Assembly (NCBI GenBank): GCA_028534125.1
Contig: CM052817.1
Location: 21,454,001 to 21,518,000 of the forward strand
Length of the DNA: 64,000 nt
Origin: Lama glama
Lineage: Eukaryota
Direction of reading: 5' to 3'
Both the position numbers and the translations under genes were made by a program. Positions 51,791-64,000 of this stretch are shown here, piece after piece (the stretch's first letter is position 1; each line of letters starts with the position of its first letter). A model generated the notes under the pieces. The model saw only the letters and a program-made list of their open reading frames with translations. It was not told the DNA's origin and made no database searches.

Positions 51791-54441
51791 TGCCACTTCT
51801 TATTCACTGTACTCTGCATACATGTTGGCTTACATTCAGTCGCTCAAACGCACCAATGACTTCCTGCTTTAGGCTTAGCTAGGCTGTTCTTACTGCTGGA
51901 GGCACAGCACCCACAGCCCATACACAAGCACTCACTCAAAACATTTGCTCTGGCTCCTCCTTTTGTTCTATAGTTTTCATCCTAACTTTTATTTCCCTTA
52001 ACAAATCTTTCCAATTCATCTCATTTAATCAACACACCACTCAGTATTTTTTATCTTCAAAATTTCCACAATTTATAATAGTGTATTTGGCTCAACACTT
52101 ACTTTTTTTTTGTTTTTAATATGTGTCTCTCTACTAGTTCTGTGAGTTCCATGAGAGTAGGACTACATGTTTATACTGTCATCTTTCCAGAATCTAAACA
52201 ATGTTTGTGAAGTACTATTGAATAATTGTAGAGTGTTATTAAGAATATACTTAGAAAACGCTTCCTTTTAAGTTTGTTTTCCTACTAAGACACTTCTAGA
52301 AAAGCACTGGAGAACAGTGTTTCAGCCTACTCTATGTCATGCAGTGAGTCCTGTGAAGTTATTTAGATTCTCCTTACTTTGTGTCGTGTTCTATCTACGA
52401 AATAAGCATTACAAAACAGGCCAGTGCCTTTTATTTTTAGTGTGCTTTCAGAAACTAGAAGAAAAGTTACCATATCATTTTTTAAAATCTCTTGAGCCTC
52501 TTTGAAGTGACCCTGTCAACATCTCTCAGTGTTTCAGCACTTAAAGTTGTTTCTTGGTTTGTTGCCAAAGGAACCACCACAGGGATTTATACTGGCAACT
52601 TCTTTAAAAAATATACAGAACATTTTTTAAAATAAGGAGTACCTTGGAGCAATTCAAATCACTGTGTCACTCATGATGAAAAGGCTATGTACAAATATGT
52701 CATTATACGTATTCTTAGGGTTGATAATTGGTCAGATCTGACATCCAACTACTTAACCTCCACAAGGGGATGTCAATGGACATCACAACCACATTGCCAG
52801 AGTGACATGGTTTTTCAGTCAGTGGTTGCAGATGCTTACATACACACAACATAAAAACTGTAACATAGAAACAGATGAATAGAATGATTAGCAAGATATA
52901 TAATGAACAGGCACACCTTAAATCTATTTTTCTCTAAATAAATTGTACTTGTAAAGTCATTATTTTTACCTGTGTATGTTTGTATATGGGCTTCACTTAC
53001 ACATCTGTACACACATGTTCAATTTTTTTATAAAGCTATTTGCTTTGGAATGATAACAACAGATTATAGTTAATCTCAATGGGATCATTTGAGTTCAGTT
53101 ATCAGTATCTAAATTAGCATATATTTAGAGATTTTCCCAATGATATATTGACCCATAGGAGAATAATTTTAAAAAATGTTGACTCTCTTGTTGACCAGCA
53201 CTTGATGTTAAATTATTTTGACATGTATAGACTATATGCAAAGTTTCTTCCAGTTAGAGCCTGCTATTTTCATTTCAAAATATTTTATTTCATTACTTAG
53301 ACAATTATGTATCTCTCAAAAGGAATCTATGTATTTATCAAAAGGAAACACTGTAAATTATGTTCAAATTAATAATCTGGTAAAATATCTCTGTCTGGAA
53401 AGTACATTTTGAATTAATTAATTAATTAATGACCTACATAATTACTAAGATTAAATCTAAAAGCACAGCAAAATCTAGGATTAAATACAAACTTTCTCAA
53501 AGGAGCAGAAGTCAGAAGTAAAATGAATGCTATATCTTACTATATAAGAATATATTGTAACTTACCCTTATATATGTAGGATATACATACCCTATATATA
53601 CTTAGAATATAGGAAATTCTTTATATGTTTTGAAAATATCTTGGAAATGTACCAACTATAGTCAAAAGAACATATAAAAATGTATATAACTATTAATTTA
53701 GGTTTAACTTCCTACAACAGCTATAAAGAATGTGGTGGTGTGTGTGTGCCGATTTGGCATGGAAAACAAGCAGAAGCCAGCATTAACAGGAATGACTAAA
53801 CGTTTGCTAAAGTAGCAAATAAAAATCAAACTATGTATACTGAGTATCAACTTATCCATGGTCCTGCCTTCCACTGGGCCAAATGTCTAATAAAATTTTA
53901 TCACAGTTATCTGCAGAGCATTCGGGGATTCAGAGCATTCATACGCTTAATTTGGAGGGGGGATTCTTTTTACAGTGGTTATCAAGACTTTGATGAACAC
54001 TAAGAACTCTTAAAACTGTGACTTTAACAAATTCTCTGCTCTCCTGGAAGAGAGTATAAAGGGAAAGACAGTGTTTATCGTCTCTTCATATATAGAAATA
54101 CTGAATTTTCAGGGTGTTGCAGAGGGAAAAACATTACCCAAGCTACCTTTATTTGTGCACTTTAAAAGCTAGAAGGTTCTTTAAGCAATATCTTGTCTCA
54201 GCCCTTTAGTTTAGAATAAATTTGTAAAACATAGCTGCTGGTTATCAAAGACCTTGAAGGAGTTAAGAGCAGAAACAAAGAGGAAAATATCTCTGTCCTA
54301 GGTCACAAGAAATTACCCTCTTAAATTTGTTTTTATGTTACTGATCTAAAAATTGGTTGCATGCCATCTAATTGTATAGAGCATGCTTTATTTAATATAC
54401 TGTACTTGTTCTAGATTCTCTAAGTTCTGTGATTTTATTAC

Positions 54442-55058
54442 TGTTACTGATCCAAACTTGAGTCTGCTCACCTGAATGCAGGAAAGCCAACTACTGACAA
54501 AAGGTTGTGGTGAAAGGAAGTGCAGCTGCAGCGTTCACTGCAGGACGCCAAGAAGGGAGACCAGGCAGCTCATGCTCTAAAGGCTCAAACTCCCCAGTGG
54601 CTTTCAGGGAAAGATTCTTAAAGACAGGGTGAGGGAAGGCGGCTGTGGGTGTGTGATCAGCTCACGGACATCCGTCTGACTGACTGGTGGTGAGGTAGTT
54701 AGGAGTTAACATCATTAACCTCTGGAACCAACCTGTCTGGTGTCAGTGTTAACTTCTTCCACCTGGTGGGGGGTTTCAGGATCTACAAAACTGCTCAAAG
54801 GATATGGCTCAGAACACTATGGCCCTTGAAAGGGAACTAAATGTTCTTCATTGTGTTTCGTGGTTAAACTATCATTATTTTGCCTTGCTTGATTGTTTTC
54901 CTTTGTTTCTGCATTTTCTCATTTCTCTGATTGAATTCATTCTTTGGACCTTGGGGAAGGGCTAAAAGGCTAAAGTTTTTCTACAAACAAGAGGCAGGAA
55001 GAGGATATGGGGCGGTGGTCTGTCCCAGAAAGTTTTCTTAGGGTCCTGCTTGGTTATG
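54442..55058 (-). mobile_element. ERV1 solo LTR (cetartiodactyl-type)
   Basis: tgttactga start; ggcagctcatgctc...aactccccagtggctttcaggga, gtgtgtgatcagctc, gttaacttcttccacctggtgggg; GC-richer than flanks; no clear TSD. Confidence 0.8.
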
Positions 55059-56370
55059 AGGTGTAGACAGAAACCATGAATATCTAACTCTTTGCCTTAT
55101 ATGCCATTATCAACATTTAGTAGGCTTTTAACTTGATACTTGTCATTGAAATGCTGTAGCTCATGTATACTTATCAGAAGAATCATGTTTTCTTTAATAG
55201 GAAAATCAATTCTACACACATTAGTAATATGTATAGCTTTGTTGTTAATTAATAGTTTGATAGATTTTTCCTTCTTAAACAATTTTGCCTCAGTGTCTGA
55301 ATATTTGTTTTACTCTTTCCAATTCAAATTGTTTCAAAATTTGACTGAAAGCAAATATATGTGTAAAAACAAAACAAAATAAAACATTTAAACAAAAGTT
55401 GGGGCAAAAATGTTGACAGATCAAGTGTCTGAATATTGGCACCAGCATTCAATATGGTGCTCATACTAGGAAATATCCAGGCTTTATATTCTACTTCATT
55501 GTAAAACTTAGGCAAAATTTATTAACACACTGTCATACAGACAACACATGCTGCTTAATGATAGAGCCCAATGGTCGAATTCCTTCCTTGTCTCTTTTTG
55601 TCTCTAAGATTTGAAACAATTACTGAATTCCTTTGAGTTCTTCCTTATCTATTAAAGTAGGTTGATAATGTCACCCACAATGGAATTTATGAAGATTCAA
55701 GTAATATTTTAAGTTTCTCTAATTGGTGCTACAATGGGATAAACCAGTATTATTGTTGATGCTAATTCATTATCCTCATTATATCTAATTTCCTATGAGG
55801 TTTGAATGTAGACAAAGCATGAAGAAAAGTGCTGGGCACAACCTCAAGAATGAAAAGGAGTAATAACTAAAATTTTCAGAATGTGTTATTGTATGGGATG
55901 AGTGAGACTGTTTAACATTTTATTTGTTAAGTCTAGCAAGTATTTAAAAATCATGGATAACCACTAAAAGAATACTAATACAAAGCATAAACCAAAATAT
56001 AACAGGAAAATTGAAGAAATTAAGGATATATTATAATAGGTATCAACAAACACAGTATAGGGAGAAAAACTATTCAGGAAAAGCCATAATCCTCAGAAGA
56101 TGAACAATGGAAATTCAATAGCATAAAGGAATAACTTTTCAGAGCTTGCGTTATTTTTCTAGAACACATCTGTTGCACTTAGGAAACATGATGCTTATAT
56201 AAATTCTAATAGACTGTAAAGTTAAATATTAGCACTTATGTCCAAAGGCAGAATGACAGTAAAGTTTAAATTAATAGTCTAATTCAAGATTACTGACTAG
56301 TTCAAATGTTGCAAGACCATGGCAAATGTTGTAAGAGCATGTACTTTGCACTACAGCAATTAAGAGAGAT

Positions 56371-56830
56371 TGCATTAGTCACAGTTCTCCAGAGAAACAG
56401 AACCACTATGATATGTGTGTATATGGAGAGAGATTTGTTATAATTAGTTTATGTGACTGTTGTGGCTGGCAAGTCCAAATATGAATTGTGGGCCACCAAG
56501 CTCAAGATTCAAGAGAGCCAATGGTACAATTCTATTATGAACAATGATGGTCTTGAGACCTAGCAGAGCCAGTGGTGCAGATAAAGCCCAAAGGCAAGCT
56601 CCTGGAGAATTCTTTTTTATGTGGGGGAGGGTCAACCCTTTTCCTCTATTTTAACCTTTAACTAATTGGATATGGTCCAACCACAGTATGGAGGGCAATA
56701 TTCTTTCTACTACTAATTAGAATGTTAATCCTATACAAAAACCCTCACAGAAACACCTAGAAAAATGTTTGACCAAATATGTGAGCAACCTGTGGCTTAG
56801 CCAAGTTGACACACAAAACTGACCATCCCA
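56371..56830 (-). mobile_element. MLT2B-type ERVL solo LTR with perfect 5-bp TSD
   Basis: tgcattagtcacagttctccagagaaacagaacca...ccaagttgacacacaaaactgaccatccca; GAGAT at 56366-56370 and 56831-56835. Confidence 0.9.
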
Positions 56831-58307
56831 GAGATCCTGAATCTGGAGCCAAAAAAAGAAAAAAAATAATTAAAAGCTGTGTGAAGATGCACTAGTGGGA
56901 TGTAACATTAGAAAGGATTAATGAGACTCCAGCATAAGGTTTATTATAGTACAATGGTACAATGACACTGAAGAATTCCTAACTGTGAAGGTGTGAGTTG
57001 AAAGACATTTCATTACTCTTATAAGATCCCTTGTTAAAATTATATTATTTTGATTTATATATGCGGAAAATAATCTTGAAACCAAAGAAATGAAATACAA
57101 GGGACAGTCTGCATGTGAGACCTTCTTTTAGAAACATTTTTTTACATATATTGTTTCTACACTACCATTTTTTGAGTTCCCATTAAAAAAAAATTCTTGA
57201 TATATTGAGTTTCTTGAACTCTAAAATTTCCCATTTAAAATATCACCTCTAGCTACTGTGCATTAGGTTTCTAGTCATTTTATATCCATTGGCTCTCAGA
57301 AATACAGTCAGATATCTTTGTGCCATCTTTACAAATGAAGAAATAGAAAACTAAATTACCCAAGGCCACACAACTTTAGAGTCTATCTGACTCTAAATTA
57401 GACAAATTTATTAAATGACATAGGAAAAGAAAAAAGTATCCTGACATTCTTCTATTTCATATTTGACCTGCAAGAATGAAGATCAAAGAATAAATGACTC
57501 AAAAAACTGGTTTTGAGAGTTTCCCCAGGAATAGCGACTTAATGAGAGGTGAATTAAAGGCAAAGAAACAAATAATCAGCATTTAATACAAGTAGCAGAT
57601 AAATATTTTAATGATAAACTAGAAAAGATGTTTAATGTCCAACTTGAAATAGCTCTCAATAAGTTTTAGATTCATACTCAGTGTCTTGATAATGAAATAA
57701 AAGCACATGCAAAAAATGAGGGATATTTTCTTGAGAGCGGAAAGGCAAAGTTGATATAATTAGACCCAGAATTAAGGACTGGGCATAACCTGGTGGAACT
57801 AGGGCTGGTCAAACAAGATAAACACATGGTCTGCAAAAATATCAGCAGAATTACACTTTGCAACTAGTTAATATTAACAGAATTAATAACTAGATAAACA
57901 CAAATGGGAGTGAAACCAGTACGGTGTCAAAATATCAAAAGATCTGCAGTGAAACATTCAGAGCCGGAAGACTTCTGGTTTCCAGTTCCACATGCAAGGG
58001 TTTAAAAACCCTTCCTTCGTTTCTATCCTTCACTTTTATCCTGAGAAACTATGGGATATTTTATAGTCTATTTCAGTTCCTTTGCCAAAAAGCTATCAAT
58101 TACCTACTGATCAAAGTCCTTTATATCTCTCAGAACCGAGTTCAAATATAACCTCCTCCTCAGGAAGATTTCTCTATGCATTTTTCTCTGCCTTTTCCTG
58201 AAAAGTCTTTTTTTTTTTTTTAATTTCTAAGTTCTCTAGGTTTTGAGATAAAGAGGAAGTTACTCAACTTCTATGAGCCAAACTCGTTTATCAGTAAAAA
58301 TAGAGGG

Positions 58308-61300
58308 GAACGTGGTTTCTGGAACCACATGTAAAGAGCTTAGCAGTTGCCACTCTGTTCTAAAGACAACTAAAAAAAACTGAACATGCTGAAAAATGAG
58401 CAAGTCTTCTTCTGTCTGTAAGGGGAGAACACTGTGGTCCCCAAGTCTGGAGAGAAAGACAGGTAAAAATATAGGGAGCCATGGTTTACTGAAGCAGAGG
58501 CTCAAGAGGGGAAACAGGATAGGAACCAGTGCCACGATAGGAACATCTGAACTATAATTGATAAATTGCTGAAGAATCATTGTAGACAACTCTGACAGTT
58601 AAAAACTAAACCCAGTCCTTAGGGGCCCCCACAATATTGCAAGATTTATCTATAGGACCTTGACCAGGTTTCCGCAGTCAATACTGAAGAAAAACCCCCT
58701 CCAGCAGGAAGAGGAGAAAATAAAACATCAGCATATTCTGTTCTTTCTAATAAGGTCTGTCCTCAGGGGAAACGAGTTAGTCAGTGCCTAACAACCTGGG
58801 GTATTATCAGGGCCTAACTGACCTAGGGGAAGGGAAATAATCAACTCCATCCCACTCTGGTCATTCTGCCTCACTTAAGAGGGAGAGAAAAGCACTGAGA
58901 AATAGTAGCCACGTTCCCGGTCCAGTGGCATAGGCTCACTTCACTGGAAGACAGAGGTCTAATCCTAAAGCTTATAGAACACACTGCCTCTCCCCTGCTA
59001 CCTCACCACCATATTACTAAAGCACTATTTACACAAGTTCTTTTTACCAGGTACTTCATGTCCAACTGCCAGAGAAACACTAGAAGGCATACCAAGAGGC
59101 AAAAAACACAATTTGAAGATACAGAATAAGAACTGGAAACAGATACGGCAGGGATGTTGGAATTATCAGCCTGAGAATTTTAAAAAAGTACAATTAGTAT
59201 TTTAAGGGCACTAATGAATAAAGTAGACAGCATGCAAGAACAAATGGGCACTGTGAGAAAAGAGATAAAAATTCTAAGAACAACAACAACAAAAAATTCT
59301 AGAGATCAAAAACACCGTAACAGAAGTGAAAAATGCCTTTGATGGGCTCATTAGTAGACTGGATAGTGCTGAGGAAAGAATCTCAAAGCTTGAGGATTTG
59401 ACAATAAAAACTTCCAAAGCTGAAAAGCAAAGAGGAAAAATAAACTGAAAAAAACAGAACAGATCATCCAAGAATTGTGAAACAACTACAAAAAGTACAC
59501 ATAATGGGAATACCAGAAGAAAGAGAGAAAGGAACAGGAAAAAATATTTAAATATTTGAACAAAACTTCCCCCAAATCAATGTCAGACACCAAACCAAAG
59601 GCACAGGAAACTCAGAGAACAAGATAAATGCAAAAGAAGAAGAAGAAAAAAAGCCTATACCTACAAATATCATTTTCAAATTATAGAAAATCAAACATAA
59701 AAAAACCTAAAAGATACCAGAAGAAAATAAAACTTATATATAAAGGAACAAAGACTAAAATCACATCTGATTTCTCCTCAGAAACCATTCAAACAAGAAA
59801 AAACTGAAGTGAAATAGGGTGTTGAGGAAAACCCCCCACCAAACTAGAATTCGGTAATCTGAGAAACTGGCTTTCAAGAGTGAGGTAGAAATAAAGTTTT
59901 TCTCAGACAAACAAAAATTGAGGAAACAATTTCCCATAGATCTGCCTTGCAAGAAATGTTAAAAGAAGTTCTTTAGAGAGAAGGAAAATAATATAGGTTA
60001 TAAACTTGGACTTATATAAAGTAAGGAAGAGCATCAAATGAGTAAGTAAAGGTAACATAAAAACTTTTATTTTTATTATTATTAAGAACTAAGAGATAAC
60101 ACTTTGTTTAAAATAATAACAATATATTTGATAAATACATGTGTGAATTTATAGGCACATGGATGCTTACATATAAGTGAAATAAATGATAGCAATAATA
60201 CAAGTTTTGAGAAGGAGAAATTAGGATTACTTTGCTACTATATGATAGTCAACTGTCCATCAAATGGCATCGTACTATCTGAAATTAGTCTTGGATTAGC
60301 TGTAAATATATATTGCGAAGAAAGAAAATGAAGTCATATAAAATGCTCAATTAAAGCCACAAAAGACAGGAAAAGAGTTAAAGACAAAAAAAGGAACAAA
60401 GAATAAGGGCAATAATAGAAAACAGCAGCAAATATGGTAGATATTAATCTGACTATATCAGTAGTCTCTTTGAACATAAAATTGTCTAAATGTACCAATT
60501 AAAGACAGAGATGGTCAAAGTAGATCAGAAAATAAGAGCCAACTATAAGCTGCCTACAAGAAACCCATTTAAAATATAAAGACACATACATTAAAAGTAA
60601 ATGGATGGATAAAAACATACTGTACTAACATTAATCAAAAGAAAGCAAGAGTCGTTATATTAATTTCAGACAGAGCAGACTTCCAAGCAAGGAAAGTTAT
60701 CAAGGATAAAGGAGGGCATCACATAATGAAAAAGAGGTCAGTTCTTCAAGGACACATAACAATCATTAATGTGTATGTACATAACAACAGAGCATCAAAT
60801 TATGTGAGGCAAAAACTAACAGAATTAGAAAGAGAAACAGATGAATCCACTCTTATAGTTGGAGACTTCTAAACCCCTCTCAGAAATGTACAGATCGAGC
60901 AGGTAGAAAATCAGTAAGGCTGTAGCTGAACTCAACAACACCATCAATCAACTGGATATAGTTGACATCTGCACACTATTTCATCCAACAGCAGTAGAAC
61001 ACATCACCACCAATCAACTGGGTTCAATTGATATCCAAAGATGATTTCATCCCACAACATCAGACTACACATTCGTCTCAAGCTCACATGGAATATGTAG
61101 CAAGATAGACCACACTCTGGGCCATAAAACACATTTTAACAAATTTTTAAAGAACAGAAGTAATACAATGTCTGCTCTCAGATCACAATGGATTTAAACT
61201 AGAAATCAATAAAAGAAACACAGCTGGAAATTTTCAAAATACTCAGAGGTTAAACTCCAAATAACACATGAGAATAAATCTCAAGAGAAATTTTAAAATA

Positions 61301-61642
61301 TTTTGAGCTAAAGAAAAATGCAAAGACAAGTTATCAAATGCAAATAAGCATATAAAAAGATTCTCCACATCATATGTCATCAGGGAAATGCAAATTAAAA
61401 GAACAGCAAGATGTCACTACTTATCTATTAGTATGGCCAAAATCTAAAACAATTACATCACCAAATGCTGATGAAGACCTGGAGCAACAAGAACTTTTAA
61501 TCATTACTGGCGGGAATGCAAAATGGTACAGTCACTTTGGAAAAGCCATTTTGACAGTTTTTACAAAACTGAACATACTTTACCCATAAAATCCAGCAGT
61601 TTCACTCACTGATGTTTACAAAAAGAACTGAAAATTTTATCC
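58308..61642 (+). mobile_element. Decayed L1M (L1MC/MD-type): 5'UTR, ORF1, ORF2 endonuclease, then ORF2 C-terminal part
   Basis: ORF1 coiled-coil relic (ILEIKNTVTEVKNAFDGLISRLDSAEERISKLE, ~59295-59395), EN motif CLQETH (~60551-60568), many stops/frameshifts; jump near 61340 to atcagggaaatgcaaattaaaa. Confidence 0.9.
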
Positions 61643-61644
61643 AG

Positions 61645-62434
61645 TTTTACAGTATTAATTCTTCCAATCTGTGAACACAGATTATCTTCTGTATTTTCCT
61701 CAATTTTTTTCATCAAAGTCTTGTAAAGAGCAGTCATTTCCTTGGTTAAATTTATTTCTAATTATTTTATTGTTTTTGATACTATCATGAATGGAATTAT
61801 TTTCTTTGTTTCTTTTAAGATACTTTGTTTTTAGCATATATAAATGCAACTCATCTCTATATGTTAAGAGATATATGTTTATATATATACAGATATATAT
61901 ATATATGTGTGTGTGTTTATATCCTGTAGCTTTAAGTTAATTTGTTGATTAGTTCAAACAGTTTTTTGGTGGGGTATTTAGGATTTTCTACATGTTAGAT
62001 TGTATAATCTGCAAATAAAGATAATTTTACTTCTTTCTTTTTAATTTGGATGCTTTTTGTTACACATTAAAAGGACTGTGATCAAGTGGGATTTGTCCCT
62101 AGGATGCAAGAATATTTCCATATACACAAATCAATAAAGCTTTTTAATAGAATGAACTAACAATCGTATGATTATCCCAACAGATATACAATAAAAAGCA
62201 TCTGACAAAATACAATATGATAAAAATCCTCAGAAAATTTGAGTATAGAAGAAACATATCTCAACCAGTTACAAGACTATATAGGACAAACCCACAGTTA
62301 ACATTATGCTCCAGAGTAAAAGGTTGAAAGCTTTTTTTCTGAGATCCTGAACAAGACAAGGTGCTCAGTCTCACCACTCTTGTTCAGTGCAGTACTGGAA
62401 GTCCTAGCCAGAGCAATCAGGCAAAGTAAAGAAA
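61645..62434. mobile_element. L1 ORF2 RT region with inverted 5' segment
   Basis: 61645-62060 antisense (LSLFADY, decayed LFADD, near 62003-62023); 62062-62434 sense (gatcaagtgggattt...gtactggaagtcctagccagagcaatcaggcaa). Confidence 0.85.
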
Positions 62435-62924
62435 CTATCTATTAAAACAAAAATCTTGTGATATTCAGCTAAATCTAAATTTAGAAACTATCACTCAACA
62501 TTTATCATCAAAATTTAGGAAATAAATGTACTTGATAAATAAATGTATTTGTGGTTTGTACATGTATTTAAAGTTTATAAATTTTACATACATATATATA
62601 GTTTGATAATTTATTCAGTCTTCACATCTGAAAACTGATGCATTATAATTTAAAGTGTAAGTAATATATTAACTATAAATATAATTAAATGTCCTGTTTC
62701 CAAATCAGAAGCAAACTTAGCCTCTCCAAAATTGAAAGTAAAGGAGATCTAATTTTAATTTCATATCCAATGAAAAAAAAGCTTTCAGATATACTCTATA
62801 TATGCCTGAAAATTAAAATATGCTTTCAATTTTCACATTTTTGCACTCTTGTAAGTGAGAAAAAACTTATTGTTGGATTGATAATTAAACACAAATATCA
62901 TATTTCTTAAGGTAATTTATGAAA

Positions 62925-63004
62925 TTCATATTGTAACATGAACATAACCAAGCCTATTATTCAGTTCATACTGTAACATGAATATAACCAAGGATATTAT
63001 TCAA
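62925..63004. repeat. 40-bp tandem duplication
   Basis: ttcatattgtaacatgaacataaccaagcctattattcag / ttcatactgtaacatgaatataaccaaggatattattcaa (35/40 identical). Confidence 0.9.
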
Positions 63005-63183
63005 GTTGTTTGAATAATCCCTGATAAAATACATGTAATTATCTCTATCAGGGAAAGTTGAAGAAAAATAAAATTTAATGCAAATAAGCTTTTAAGAAAG
63101 AAGTCAGAATAGTTGTCTATTGGATCCAAAGAAAGGTATTAAAGTCAAAGACTGAACCCAGTAATCAAGCATAAAAAACAAAC

Positions 63184-63292
63184 AGTTATATAATAGCGCC
63201 ATATATATATATATATATATGTTATATATTATATATATTTATAGTTATATAATAGCGCCATATATATGTGTTATATATCTATATATAATAGC
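63184..63292. repeat. TA-rich tract with duplicated 25-bp unit
   Basis: agttatataatagcgccatatatat at 63184 and 63243. Confidence 0.9.
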
Positions 63293-63397
63293 AAATAGAG
63301 TTATGGGCATTGGCTTTAGGTCCCATACAGGGACATGCTGAGTGCTCTGGTACATCACATGGGCATTTGAAACTAAAAGTTCCTATTGATTGTTGTA

Positions 63398-63640
63398 AGA
63401 TCTGGAAGTAGCCCACTTGGGTACCAATCCCATTCTCTCACTTTATTAGTAAAGCAATTCTGGAAAAGTTGCAGTTTCCTTATTTGTAAGACAAGAATAA
63501 TAGTGCTTCATAAGGTTGCCGTGAAGATTAAAAACTATTTAAGCGTGAAAAAGACTTAAAGCAGTATTTAGCATATAGTAAATTCTTTAATAAACAGTGG
63601 TAACTGTTTTACTTTACTATTATTATTGTTATTATTATTT
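63398..63640 (+). mobile_element. MIR SINE
   Basis: cagtttccttatttgtaag...cataaggttgccgtgaagattaaa...gcatatagtaaattctttaataaa + (TTA)n tail. Confidence 0.75.
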
Positions 63641-64000
63641 AGTAGTACCATCTTCTTCTGATCCTTTGCACCCAGAAAATACCTGTCATCTCAAAATAAA
63701 ATTCTTCTGATAGTATCGAGAATATTTTTACTACCGATAAAAGAAACAAATAACTTTGAATGTGTGCTCTAGGGAGGCAGAGTTGTTTCTACTGATGACT
63801 TCCTAGCTCTGAAATTGCTTTCCAGAGACACAAGAATGTGAGCCTTGACCTATGAATCAAAGCACAGAGTCATCCTCTTGACTCAGTCTTTTGTCTTAAC
63901 GACATAAAAAGATCAATCAGGTAGAGGAGTGATTAAAGCTGAGTTTCTTTCTGTGTATTTACCCAGAGGCAAAATCAATGAGCATCCCCAGTTAATAATA

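Noticed and set aside
58260..61589. ORFs overlapping the large L1
   Set aside because: Antisense, off-frame or short fragments of a decayed L1 with many stops; no intact ORF1 or ORF2
1..64000. CRISPR array, operon, defence system, rRNA/tRNA or CpG-island promoter
   Set aside because: Mammalian repeat-rich DNA; no regularly spaced repeats, long ORFs, RNA-gene signatures or CpG-rich segment

Overview
AT-rich, CpG-depleted eutherian non-coding DNA (gene desert or large intron). I find no credible protein-coding exon, RNA gene, CpG island or CRISPR array; the ORF track consists of chance ORFs, microsatellite translations and decayed L1 frames. The window is a mosaic of ancient repeats (MIR, L2, MER33, MER103, MLT1/MLT2, L1M) and younger ERV1 solo LTRs and L1 3' ends of laurasiatherian/cetartiodactyl type. 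No Alu, B1/B2, Bov-tA/BovB, PRE-1 or Can-SINE was recognised, which fits a camelid-like genome (inference). Family names are from recalled consensus sequences, not a database search. Most notable: two divergently oriented MER41-like LTRs, one with an intact STAT GAS site; an unexplained diverged ~135-bp duplication; a ~100-bp SET 3'UTR fragment; L1 inversion/deletion structures; and repeat-free blocks with enhancer-like motifs. The sequence does not support a novel multi-gene system.
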